Source: an uncultured Candidatus Saccharibacteria bacterium
Lineage (GTDB): Bacteria > Patescibacteriota > Minisyncoccia > Minisyncoccales > GWA2-38-27
DNA: 64,000 nucleotides
Direction: 5' to 3'
Assembly (NCBI GenBank): GCA_964506305.1
Contig: CAZDKD010000001.1
Coordinates: forward strand, 8,031-72,030
This document shows positions 16,498 through 25,458 of this stretch, piece after piece. The notes under the pieces are model-generated. The model saw nothing but the letters and a program-made list of their open reading frames with translations. It had not been told where the DNA came from and did not search any database. How positions within the stretch are numbered: the stretch's first letter is position 1; each line of letters begins with the position of its first letter. A program made the translations under genes and the position numbers.

Positions 16498-16965
16498 ATG
16501 CTTATAGATTGTGCAATTACTCTTGGGTCTGTTCAATCCGTCCTAGACAGAGGTGTGGATGGAATCACAATAATCTTACTCCTACTTTGTTTCATCGTTT
16601 TATTTGGCCTAATGTTTCTAAGCTTCTTTACAGGGTTGATTTCTGATCTAAAATCTCGCTGGCTAGATGATGAACATTTGGCGGGCATAGTAATTGGATC
16701 TTCTCTTCAAGCACTTGCCTCGCTTATTTTATTTGTATATTTTACAGAAATGGGCAGAGAGTTTTTTCAATCGATTGAAGTTTTTGGTATACTTACATTG
16801 TTTGGATTCCTCGTTTTAGGGAGTTTACTTCTTACACCAATTGCGGTCATAAATGTATTACTTTACCTTATAGGAAGGTTTTTGCGATATACTGTTTATT
16901 TTTCCGGAAAATTTCTTAGCCGGGGAAAGAAAAATAAAAGATGGGCCAGATGTCAAGTAAGATAA
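16498..16965 (+). CDS. integral membrane protein, unknown function
   Basis: 4 predicted TM helices. Confidence 0.4.
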   Translation: MLIDCAITLGSVQSVLDRGVDGITIILLLLCFIVLFGLMFLSFFTGLISDLKSRWLDDEHLAGIVIGSSLQALASLILFVYFTEMGREFFQSIEVFGILTLFGFLVLGSLLLTPIAVINVLLYLIGRFLRYTVYFSGKFLSRGKKNKRWARCQVR

Positions 16966-16979
16966 GTGAGCATTTATCA

Positions 16980-17008
16980 AAAGACCCAAAATAATTTGGG
17001 TCTTTTTT
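16980..17008 (+). terminator. intrinsic terminator
   Basis: AAAGACCCAAA-ataa-TTTGGGTCTTTTTT. Confidence 0.6.
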
Positions 17009-17099
17009 ATTCCCCTGCCCCCGCGGGGGCAGGGGAAGGATGTTATTATGCGACAGGGATTTTAGGGAAACCCTGGGTTGAATTTCGCTCAAAAAAGAA

Positions 17100-17170
17100 T
17101 TGACAAACTCATTTTTTTGTGATATTTTTCAGTAGGTATTAAATAGTTCTTTAAAAAAAGGAGATAGGAA
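17100..17170 (+). promoter_or_regulatory. promoter+5'UTR cassette R5 copy D
   Basis: ttgacaaactcatttttttgtgatatttttcagtaggtattaaatagttctttaaaaaaaggagatagga. Confidence 0.55.
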
Positions 17171-17812
17171 ATGTTAAAAAAAAGAGTAATTAGCGGCGCA
17201 GTGCTTATATTGTTGTTAATTGGCATGTTTTTTATAGGAAAACCCTGGTTTTACCTGTTATTGACGGTTATTACTGCTTGGGGGATAAGAGAAATTTGGC
17301 TGGTTAATAAGAATAAGCATGAGACAAAGGTTTCTTTTTACCTTTTCTTTATTCTGCCGGCTCTTTACCTTTTCTTCTCGCTTTTTTGGGTAGTTGGCGA
17401 GTTGCGGTGGGGAAGTAACATCTGGTGGCTTATTTCAGCGCTTATTGGAACTTCAGCTTATGACACCCTGGCTTATTTTATCGGTAAAAGCATAGGAAGG
17501 AATAAGATTACGCCAAAGACGAGCCCAAACAAAACATGGGAAGGAACAATGGGTGGCTTTTTAGGCCCGGTTTTAACTGTTGCGATAATAGGAAGATATT
17601 TTCTCTTTCTGAATTGGTTTGAAATAGCAGTTTTTTCTTTAATGATAGGAGTTTTAGCTTTTTTAGGGGATCTTATGGTCTCTTGGTATAAAAGAAGATT
17701 AGGAGTAAAAGACATAGGACATATTATTCCTGGTCATGGAGGTTTGCTTGATAGAATAGATAGTCATCTCCTTGTTTTTTTAGGAGTTTTTTGCTTTCAG
17801 GCGATGATTTAA
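17171..17812 (+). CDS. cdsA: phosphatidate cytidylyltransferase
   Basis: C-terminal signature SWYKRRLGVKDIGHIIPGHGGLLDRIDS. Confidence 0.75.
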   Translation: MLKKRVISGAVLILLLIGMFFIGKPWFYLLLTVITAWGIREIWLVNKNKHETKVSFYLFFILPALYLFFSLFWVVGELRWGSNIWWLISALIGTSAYDTLAYFIGKSIGRNKITPKTSPNKTWEGTMGGFLGPVLTVAIIGRYFLFLNWFEIAVFSLMIGVLAFLGDLMVSWYKRRLGVKDIGHIIPGHGGLLDRIDSHLLVFLGVFCFQAMI

Positions 17813-17918
17813 AAATCAAAGACTCAGCATAAGTTGGGTCTTTTTTATTATAAATTAGCTTGAGTTTTGCTTAAAAAAGAGTTAGTGTGAAAAATAAGAA
17901 AATTTATTTTATAAATCT

Positions 17919-19313
17919 ATGAAAAATCTTTGGATACTTTCAGAAGAACGGCCGAAGAAAGAAGTTATTGGTCAGATTGTAAGAAAGTTTGCTTCAGATA
18001 ATGATCTAAAAATTAAAATCAAGGATATTATAATATTACCCGTTTTTTCTGATAAAAAATTTGTATTTAGATATATTATTAAAGGCATAAATTGTAAAAA
18101 GATAAAAGATATATTTGTTAAATTGGTTAGTGGTAAATCAAGTTTCATCGATTTTTTATTATTCTATCAAGAGAAAGAACCCGATAAAGATTCTAATCCT
18201 TTGTATGCAATAGAAGAAACAAAAACGGATGATTCAGAATCGAGAAACACAGGTGTATACCAAAGATGTAGTAAATTTGTTTTTATTGATTTTTATTATC
18301 CAAAAATAAAAAAGCTAATGCTTTACAATTTACAAATACCTCAAAAAATAAAGGCGACAGAAACAAATATTTTTGGCACCAGGATGCTTTTAACTATTGG
18401 TGTAGAAATTTTAGGCAAGAAACTTGACGATTCTGTTATGAAACCCTTTAGAAGTATTGATGAACTTATCAAGTTTAAAGATTCGATGCGCATGCCTCCA
18501 AAAGGAAATGTGCCGATTAAAATCAAGAAAGAAAAAAATAAATTTTTCATCTCTGGTAAATTATATAAAGCAGGTGGCCTAAGCCATGATCCTAATATTG
18601 GAGCATTAACAATAATTGCGCTTTGCATTAGAAAATGGGAAAAGAAAAAGGATATTGTTATTACTAATCATGGCTTAAAACAAAATCACATTGGAAGAAA
18701 AAATAAATTTATTATTATCGCGAACAAACTTAACATAAAACTGCAAGGATTAAAATTGCCAAAAGCAAAAATAGAACAGCCCTATTGGCACTATGAAGTT
18801 AATGGTGAGAAAGTGGCCTCTATTTTTGTGCATTTAGCAGTCGAGGCATTTACTAATGGACAAATTATTTATGAAAATCATGCTGGCTGTGAAAGAGGTT
18901 ATTTTATTGATAAAAAATTAGGACCAATTGCGATAAAAAAATATAAAAAAGGAAAAAGATCCAAGTATAAGGCAGGCAATAAAAATGCGATTATTTATTT
19001 ACCAGATCTTATCATTTGTGATCCAAAAAGAAATGAGATTGTTAATATCGAAGGCAAAACTTATAGTAAACGCAAACAAGGTATTAGTGAATTAAAAAAT
19101 TACACCTATATCGAGAAAGAATATATAAAGCCGTCTTATCGATCATCAAGGATAAAAAGAGTTGTTGTAGTTTTTGGAGGGGGAAAGAATAAAATTAAAG
19201 AAAATAAAATAGCCTTTATGCTGAACGATAAAGGCGAGATTATCTTAGGTAAAAATCCTCCTGAAATAATAAAAGAAGCAGTAAAAAAACTATTTTCGTT
19301 GCAGAATAAATAG
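17919..19313 (+). CDS. Lys-rich PD-(D/E)XK-motif protein, candidate restriction endonuclease convergent on two adenine methyltransferases
   Basis: Textbook motif IIYLPDLIICDPKRNEIVNIEGK (PD-x14-E-G-K); no other recognisable domain. Confidence 0.35.
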   Translation: MKNLWILSEERPKKEVIGQIVRKFASDNDLKIKIKDIIILPVFSDKKFVFRYIIKGINCKKIKDIFVKLVSGKSSFIDFLLFYQEKEPDKDSNPLYAIEETKTDDSESRNTGVYQRCSKFVFIDFYYPKIKKLMLYNLQIPQKIKATETNIFGTRMLLTIGVEILGKKLDDSVMKPFRSIDELIKFKDSMRMPPKGNVPIKIKKEKNKFFISGKLYKAGGLSHDPNIGALTIIALCIRKWEKKKDIVITNHGLKQNHIGRKNKFIIIANKLNIKLQGLKLPKAKIEQPYWHYEVNGEKVASIFVHLAVEAFTNGQIIYENHAGCERGYFIDKKLGPIAIKKYKKGKRSKYKAGNKNAIIYLPDLIICDPKRNEIVNIEGKTYSKRKQGISELKNYTYIEKEYIKPSYRSSRIKRVVVVFGGGKNKIKENKIAFMLNDKGEIILGKNPPEIIKEAVKKLFSLQNK

Positions 19314-20354
19314 TTGTTCTTTTACCGCTTTTTTATGTTTTGAATCACCGTTATTGTTACTTTTAAATCTTGGATAATCTATTTCGATCACTTTTAGATT
19401 TCCGTATTTATTTAATACGGAAACTATTTTTTTCTGAGGCATGATGCCTTCTGAATTGTAGCTTAGAATTAGGAATTTATACCTTGCGCTTCTTGCAATC
19501 CTGTTGAGGGCAGAAAGTGCAGACTCTGGATTGCAGAATTCTGATTTTTGCTTATTATAATTCCTCATTCCTGTTTTGCCCTTGATTTTTGGATTATCAT
19601 ATTTTGCGATCGTTTCCAGCAGATGATAATTACTAGCATATTGCCTGTTATTGTAGGGAGGGTCTATATATAGAATATCAACATCCAAATTATCTATAAG
19701 CTCCATGCTATCTTTATTAAAGACAGAGTGTTTTTTGTTGCTTTTATATATTCTTATGGGTCTTATTTTGAATTTTTTTAAGGCTCTTGGGTCATAATTT
19801 TTTAGAAAAGCAGCATAAACACCGGATATATTTGCATAAAAGGGGACGCTTCCTATTAAGGATGCAAGCAATATAAAATATTCATTTTTATCAATCAGTT
19901 TTGTTTTTTTCCATTCTTTTATTTGTGTTCTTATCGCGTCAATTTTCATTCCATTCTTAGCAGTAAAATATTTTCTTTGAAATTTGTCATTCTTTGTTCC
20001 TTCTTCTGTATAGTTTTTATAAATAAAGCCCTTAGTTTCCTTTAGGTTATTCAAATAATCTTGAACTAATTCTAATGACGAAACAAAAAAGCTATTTTTT
20101 GGTAGTGGGACAATCTTATCTAATAATCTTTGGAAGCTTGGCTCTTTATTGTTTTGGATATATGCCTTTTGTAAAATATAAGAGAAATACAAAACATCAG
20201 AGGAAATGATCCTGAATCCTTTTTGCTTAAAAAATCTGCCGACACTACTTGTTCCTGAAAAAAAATCGCAGAATATTCCTTCTGTTGTGCCGGTTGATAT
20301 TACTGCTTGATATATATAATCAAGCAGTTTTTCTTTACTGCCTATAAACCTCAT
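19290..20354 (-). CDS. D12-class N6-adenine DNA methyltransferase (second MTase of the pair)
   Basis: N-terminus MRFIGSKEKLLDYI, SAM-binding region FCDFFSGTSSVG, catalytic ILYIDPPYNN. Confidence 0.75.
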   Translation of the reverse strand: MRFIGSKEKLLDYIYQAVISTGTTEGIFCDFFSGTSSVGRFFKQKGFRIISSDVLYFSYILQKAYIQNNKEPSFQRLLDKIVPLPKNSFFVSSLELVQDYLNNLKETKGFIYKNYTEEGTKNDKFQRKYFTAKNGMKIDAIRTQIKEWKKTKLIDKNEYFILLASLIGSVPFYANISGVYAAFLKNYDPRALKKFKIRPIRIYKSNKKHSVFNKDSMELIDNLDVDILYIDPPYNNRQYASNYHLLETIAKYDNPKIKGKTGMRNYNKQKSEFCNPESALSALNRIARSARYKFLILSYNSEGIMPQKKIVSVLNKYGNLKVIEIDYPRFKSNNNGDSKHKKAVKEQLFILQRK

Positions 20355-20355
20355 T

Positions 20356-21924
20356 TTAATAATTTGTGATAAGTAGTTCTGAAACTTTTCCTCGTTTGTC
20401 TTTTTTACAATTTAGAGACCTATTTGATAACATTTCATGTATTTTATAGTTGTGATATAAATTATTTATAAATTTGCAATCTGAATTAGATAGCATTATC
20501 TTAACTTTCTTTTTAGTAAGTTTATCTATAGCTTTTTTTAGTCTTTCTTGGTCTTCTTTATAGAATTTTTCTTTTGTATATCTATTAAAGTCTGAGTATT
20601 TTGAAACAGGGAAATAGGGGGGATCTAGATAGATAAAATCATCTTTATTAGCTTCTTCTAGAATTTTTTCGAAGTCTGCGCATTTTATACTTGTATTTTC
20701 TAAAACTTGGCTTACTTTTTGGATATTGTCCTTATCACAAATTAATCTATTGAGAGAACTCCCAATAGGCACATTAAATTGTCCTTGTTTATTAACCCTA
20801 TATAAAGCATTGAATCCTGTTTGGTTCAAATAAATCATTCTTGCTGCTATCTCGGCGTTATTTAATTTATCAAAGATATTTATTTCTCTATCTAGGTTAC
20901 GAACTTTTATATGGAGATCTTTTGAATGTCTTATTTTTAGTCCTCTTAATAGTTTAGCCACCCGTTCCGGATTATCTCTAACGCCCTGATAAGTTTTAAT
21001 CAATTCAGCGTTATTATCTCTCAAAACTGCTTTAGATGGTTTTAGATAAAAAAACATCGCCCCTCCTCCAAGAAAGGGCTCGTAATAAGTTTTGAACTTT
21101 TTAGGTAGGAATTTTTTATATTGAGAAATCATTTCTCTTTTTCCTCCTACCCATTGAAGAAATGGTTTCGCTTCCCTGTTTGCAGATGAACCGTTTAAGC
21201 GCTTTGCGTTTTTAGTAAATGGAGAGGCATTAATTATTTTAGTAAGCGGACTATTTTCTTTTAACTGTGATTCAAGGCTTCTTATAATTTCTACAACAAT
21301 TCCTTTTACTTCTACTTCCTTTCTGAAAATGGGGAACAGTGTTGGATTCGCCGGTTGTAATCTTATCCTGTTTTTTTCGTGATATATTTTTTTAAGAGTT
21401 GCCTCGTTGTCATCAATAATAGCTACTATTGTTTGTCCATCTTCAGCTGTTTGTTGTTCTTGGATTATAACTATATCTCCGTCAAAGATACCTTCTCCAA
21501 TCATGCTATCGCCTTCTACTCTTAAGGCGTAATGTTTAGTATGATTGTTAATTTGTTTTCTGGGAACGGTAATTACTTCATCTGGAATTTCAAAAGTCTC
21601 AAATGGTTTACCGGCTGCTATTATTCCAAGTAGGGGAATTTCTACTAGACCTGCAGGTTTTTTATTATCTGATATTTCTATTGATCGGGCGTGATAGTTG
21701 GTTTTATTTAGATATCCTTTGGATTTTAGTGATTCAATATGCTGGTGGACAGTGGATACAGAAGACAATTTAAAATGCTCCTTTATTTCCTCTAGGGAAG
21801 GAGCATAATCATTTTTTTTAATGAATTTTGTAATATAATCTAGTATTTGTTTTTGCCTTTTTGTTAACATAATTTGGGTTAAGAGTTTTCCACAACCTTG
21901 ACGGGTTGACCTAGTTTTCCCCAT
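20356..21924 (-). CDS. LexA repressor (wHTH + S24 peptidase) fused in-frame to a Dam-family N6-adenine DNA methyltransferase
   Basis: LexA: DBD LTKRQKQILDYI...SSVSTVHQHIESLKSKGYL, cleavage site GIIAAGKPF, Ser EGDSMIG, Lys EATLKKIY; Dam: LQWVGGK, EPFLGGGAMFF, LNQTGFNALYRVNKQGQFNVPIG, FIYLDPPYFP, IMLSNSD; single 522-aa ORF, stop overlaps start of next MTase. Confidence 0.75.
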   Translation of the reverse strand: MGKTRSTRQGCGKLLTQIMLTKRQKQILDYITKFIKKNDYAPSLEEIKEHFKLSSVSTVHQHIESLKSKGYLNKTNYHARSIEISDNKKPAGLVEIPLLGIIAAGKPFETFEIPDEVITVPRKQINNHTKHYALRVEGDSMIGEGIFDGDIVIIQEQQTAEDGQTIVAIIDDNEATLKKIYHEKNRIRLQPANPTLFPIFRKEVEVKGIVVEIIRSLESQLKENSPLTKIINASPFTKNAKRLNGSSANREAKPFLQWVGGKREMISQYKKFLPKKFKTYYEPFLGGGAMFFYLKPSKAVLRDNNAELIKTYQGVRDNPERVAKLLRGLKIRHSKDLHIKVRNLDREINIFDKLNNAEIAARMIYLNQTGFNALYRVNKQGQFNVPIGSSLNRLICDKDNIQKVSQVLENTSIKCADFEKILEEANKDDFIYLDPPYFPVSKYSDFNRYTKEKFYKEDQERLKKAIDKLTKKKVKIMLSNSDCKFINNLYHNYKIHEMLSNRSLNCKKDKRGKVSELLITNY

Positions 21925-22006
21925 ATTATAAAATTATAACATACCGAAAGAAAAGCGAAAGTGGAAAACTTTTAAAGGTCGTAAAATAATCAAAATAAAA
22001 AATACT

Positions 22007-22303
22007 ATGGTAAAATTTAATCGAACACAAAAATTTACGAAAGCTAATATTGAAAAAGCGCCTAGGGATAAATCCATTGTTTATAAGTTGAAGAATACGA
22101 CCGGGAAAAATTTATATACGGGCATAGCAGGTCGTGGGAGGACACAAGATAGACTGCTAGAACATAAAGAATTGAAGCGAGAAAAAATCCCTGGCGCAAC
22201 TCAATTTCAGTTTGCTCAAGTAAAAAATAAAGATAGAGCAGAACAGGTTGAAAAGCAAATAATTCGAAAAGAGCAGCCAAAGTTTAATGAGCAAAATAAA
22301 TAA
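22007..22303 (+). CDS. GIY-YIG nuclease-like small protein
   Basis: VYKLKNTTGKNLYTGIAGRG...RLLEH resembles GIY-(10)-YIG with downstream R and E. Confidence 0.4.
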   Translation: MVKFNRTQKFTKANIEKAPRDKSIVYKLKNTTGKNLYTGIAGRGRTQDRLLEHKELKREKIPGATQFQFAQVKNKDRAEQVEKQIIRKEQPKFNEQNK

Positions 22304-22501
22304 TCACGGGATCTTGATTTTTGTTAAAAAATATTTTATAATGTCAATATAAAAATCAAAAGAGGGGCGATAAGCCCCGACTAGAACGGTTACTTAGTAA
22401 TTAGTCCAAGCCGGGGTTTCCCGGCTTGTTTTTATAAAAGTCAAAAAATTAATTGTCCCGTCACTACCAAAATTTGGTGTGAGGGCAAAAAATAAAATTT
22501 T

Positions 22502-22945
22502 ATGAGTCAAGTAATAAATTCATTAATAGCTGCAGTAATTGGTGGTGGAGTGGTGGCATTTGTTAATAATTTATTAAGAAAAAGAGAAAAGCGGTATTTT
22601 GAGGAAATTAAATATAGACGTAAGTCTTATACTGATTTACTTAATAATGTACGAGGATTTTTGAGTGATCCGAATGTGCTAGATGCAGAGAAACGCATAA
22701 TGCGACAAAATTTTCTTAAAAAATATTATAATGAAATTTGGCTTTATGCATCGCCATCAGTGATTAAAAAAATGAACAAATTTTTTCAAAATGTTACTAT
22801 ATCTAAAGCAAATCCTGACGAAAAGACCAAAGCTTTAGGAGAAACAATGTTGGCTATAAGAAAATCTTTGGGGAGTAAAAATGCCAATTTTTTATTTTTT
22901 AATAAATTAAAATCTGAAGATTACGAAATCTATTCATCAAAATAG
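22502..22945 (+). CDS. hypothetical protein (N-terminal TM)
   Basis: ORF with good coding periodicity; no recognisable motif. Confidence 0.35.
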   Translation: MSQVINSLIAAVIGGGVVAFVNNLLRKREKRYFEEIKYRRKSYTDLLNNVRGFLSDPNVLDAEKRIMRQNFLKKYYNEIWLYASPSVIKKMNKFFQNVTISKANPDEKTKALGETMLAIRKSLGSKNANFLFFNKLKSEDYEIYSSK

Positions 22946-22963
22946 AAGTTATAAATAAAATTT

Positions 22964-23590
22964 ATGGATGAAAAACAAAAAGAACAACTAGAAAAATTCA
23001 GAAAACTTACAAGATGGATGTATGCTGATTCAAAAGAGGCAATGTTTTGCGCGAGAGCAAATTTTTTAGTTGCAATGGGATTATTTGACTACACCGAAAC
23101 ATTAGGTACATTTCTGATTGGATATTTTCAGAAGAATGAGAGTGGTCAAGTTTTAAAAGGCCCAAAAGGGAAAAAGATAAAAACACAGTCAAAAAATAGG
23201 TTTAACGCATTTTTCTCTTATTTAGGTCAAGATTACAAAAATCTATTAGATAGACACCCCGAAGTTTACGATGAGTTAAGATGTGGTTTAACCCATGAAT
23301 ATTTGCCCCGAAAGCGTAAATTTTGTGTCTATGGAATATCGAAAAGATTAACAGAGGAACAAATGGATAATTTAGTAAATGATATCGATGGCTCTAGAGT
23401 AAACTGTGGGATAATATTTTTATCTCAGGGTCAAAATGACATATGGCAAATATTTACCCCTAAATTTTTAATAGATTTTGAAAGAGGTGTCAAAAGATTA
23501 ATAAAAGAAATCGAGGACGAGAAAGATAAAAAATTAATGCTAAAATTTTTTGAGGCCGCCGATCAAATTAATTTAGAAAACTTTAGGTAA
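22964..23590 (+). CDS. hypothetical protein with possible HEPN-type Rx4H motif
   Basis: RCGLTHEY (R-x4-H) in helical context; weak. Confidence 0.3.
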   Translation: MDEKQKEQLEKFRKLTRWMYADSKEAMFCARANFLVAMGLFDYTETLGTFLIGYFQKNESGQVLKGPKGKKIKTQSKNRFNAFFSYLGQDYKNLLDRHPEVYDELRCGLTHEYLPRKRKFCVYGISKRLTEEQMDNLVNDIDGSRVNCGIIFLSQGQNDIWQIFTPKFLIDFERGVKRLIKEIEDEKDKKLMLKFFEAADQINLENFR

Positions 23591-23616
23591 ATTATAGAAT
23601 TTAAAAAATAAAATCC

Positions 23617-24012
23617 ATGAAAAAGAATATAGAAAAAATTAAAAAAATTGCGAAGGATGTGTATAAAACTTTAGGATCGGGACATCCTGAAGTTGTTTAT
23701 GATAAAGCTATGCGAATAGGTTTGCGGCTCACCGGCATTAAGTATGAGAGCCAGAAAGTAGTAGAGTTAAAGTACAAGGGACATTATGTCGGAGAAGGTT
23801 ATCCTGATATTGTGCTTCATTTCGGTAAAAAGAAATTAATTATTGAACTAAAAGCAGTTGGCGGCGAGATGGGCGCTCCCGAGGAACAACAGTTGCTGAA
23901 TTACATGAAGATTTTAGGTATTAAATATGGCCTTTTAATTAATTTCCAACAGCCAGGCAGAGTAAAAGATAAAAAAATACAGAAACCCGAAATTAAAGAA
24001 ATTTCTTTTTAG
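23617..24012 (+). CDS. GxxExxY-family PD-(D/E)XK nuclease-like protein
   Basis: GSGHPEVVYDKAM...GYPDIVL...IIELKAV matches GxxExxY family pattern. Confidence 0.6.
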   Translation: MKKNIEKIKKIAKDVYKTLGSGHPEVVYDKAMRIGLRLTGIKYESQKVVELKYKGHYVGEGYPDIVLHFGKKKLIIELKAVGGEMGAPEEQQLLNYMKILGIKYGLLINFQQPGRVKDKKIQKPEIKEISF

Positions 24013-24065
24013 TATTGTGTTTCGCCAATAAATAATCTTATGAAAAAGCTAATAAAAAGTTGACT

Positions 24066-24152
24066 AACGCAAAACTAAACGCAAAACTAAACTCGGTTTA
24101 GTTTTAAGAGTGAGAAGTCGTTGACGACAGTCGTCAACGAAAATCAAAAAAT
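24066..24152. repeat. composite palindromic repeat R1 copy a: (ACGCAAAACTAA)x2-ACTCGGTTTAGTTTTAAGAGTGAGAAG-TCGTTGACGACAGTCGTCAACGA-AAATCAAAAAATT
   Basis: Two perfect hairpins (AAACTAAAC-tcg-GTTTAGTTT; TCGTTGACGAC-a-GTCGTCAACGA); copies at 25385, 28465(partial), 29465, 31378(partial). Confidence 0.6.
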
Positions 24153-24164
24153 TGATTGAGAAAT

Positions 24165-24230
24165 AAGAACCCCCCGCTTAGCGGGGGAACCTTAATTCGT
24201 TAATGTATAAATATATAATCTTGAATTAAA
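24165..24230 (+). promoter_or_regulatory. promoter cassette R3 copy b, interrupted by an inserted GC hairpin CCCCCGCTTAGCGGGGG
   Basis: aagaac|cccccgcttagcggggg|aaccttaattcgttaatgtataaatatataatcttgaattaaa. Confidence 0.45.
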
Positions 24231-24234
24231 ATTT

Positions 24235-24441
24235 ATGTTTAAAAAGTTAGTAATTTTATTAAACATTATTGTTTTCGGTTTATTTGTTGTACAATTCTTT
24301 ACTACCTCAGGTATTGTTTTCTTTTTAACTGCAAACAGAGCGGGCTTAATAGGAAAAATCTCAGATTTGTTCTATATGGCTTTACTTTTTTTTACTCCAC
24401 TATTAAGTATTATTTTGCTTTTGAAATATAAATCTAAATAA
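24235..24441 (+). CDS. small membrane protein
   Basis: Two TM helices, C-terminal KYKSK. Confidence 0.35.
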   Translation: MFKKLVILLNIIVFGLFVVQFFTTSGIVFFLTANRAGLIGKISDLFYMALLFFTPLLSIILLLKYKSK

Positions 24442-24543
24442 GAAAATAGGACCAATTCTATTTTTTAAAAAACCCACCCCGCCAGGGCGGGGCAAGCAAG
24501 CAATTTTAGCCTCGCGTCAAACGCGGGTAGTCAAAGTATTTTA

Positions 24544-24999
24544 ATGATTATCAATTTTAATGAATTAAAAGTTTTTATAACCGAGGCAAGGAAAAATACT
24601 TATGCTGGAGATGGAAAACGAACGGAAAATCCTTTTTTAGCAAGTTCGGTACAGCTTGAATATAAGAAAGGAGAGTATTTTTACCGGGATATCTATTTTG
24701 GAGGGGAGAAGAATTTTGTTGGCCAAGAAGTTGTTTATCAAAGCGATAAACCAGTTTGGAGTATGGTTTACTGCGGCTCTGCGGAGCCACCAGAAGTCAC
24801 TGGTTTTCTTAAGAAATCACTATTGAATTTATCTGAAAAATGCCGATTTGGTGGGAAGTGCGAATTTGAAGAAAATGATTTAAAATATAAAGACGAGGGG
24901 GAAGGAACAATAGAACGATTTGATGGAGAAGAAAAGATTTTTATAAAAGAGAAAAATGTTTATAAATTAAAATATCAAGGAGGTTTAATTTTAAAATAA
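24544..24999 (+). CDS. hypothetical protein
   Basis: Preceded by GC hairpin elements; no recognisable motif. Confidence 0.4.
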   Translation: MIINFNELKVFITEARKNTYAGDGKRTENPFLASSVQLEYKKGEYFYRDIYFGGEKNFVGQEVVYQSDKPVWSMVYCGSAEPPEVTGFLKKSLLNLSEKCRFGGKCEFEENDLKYKDEGEGTIERFDGEEKIFIKEKNVYKLKYQGGLILK

Positions 25000-25043
25000 A
25001 CTCCCCGCCGAGGCGGGGCGGGCAAAGATAATTAAAATTTTTT

Positions 25044-25379
25044 ATGGAAAATATTAAACTTCTACCAAAAACTAAATTAGGCAAATGGTCGGTTGGATTG
25101 ATAATCGCTATGTTCTCATTATTTTTTCTTGGCATGTCATTTTTTCTAAAAGTATATACATCTGTTTCAGCAGGAGAAACTATTTTAAAAGATATTGTTG
25201 CAAGGCCGTGTTTAGCGTTATCGATGCTTTCTGGCTTTGCTTCCGGTATCATTGCTTTTATCACGGGGCTTACTGCGATTATAAAAAATAAAGAAAGGTC
25301 TATTTTGGTGTTTATCGCAACAATTATTGGTGCCTTGCTTATTTTATTCCTTACGGCAGAAATAACATCCCCGCATTAA
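25044..25379 (+). CDS. membrane protein, paralog 1 (96% nt identity to 29119-29457)
   Basis: 3 TM helices; MENIKLLPKTKLGKWSVGLIIAMFSLFFLGMSFF... Confidence 0.5.
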   Translation: MENIKLLPKTKLGKWSVGLIIAMFSLFFLGMSFFLKVYTSVSAGETILKDIVARPCLALSMLSGFASGIIAFITGLTAIIKNKERSILVFIATIIGALLILFLTAEITSPH

Positions 25380-25384
25380 ACAAT

Positions 25385-25458
25385 CACAAAACTAAACTCG
25401 GTTTAGTTTTAAGAGTGAGAAGTCGTTGACGACAGTCGTCAACGAAAATCAAAAAATT
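25385..25458. repeat. composite palindromic repeat R1 copy b
   Basis: aaaactaaactcggtttagttttaagagtgagaagtcgttgacgacagtcgtcaacgaaaatcaaaaaatt identical to copy a core. Confidence 0.6.

Noticed and set aside
24941-25264. 107-aa minus-strand ORF and its twin at 29100-29342
   Set aside because: These are antisense to the duplicated membrane-protein paralogs and are duplicated only because the DNA is duplicated.
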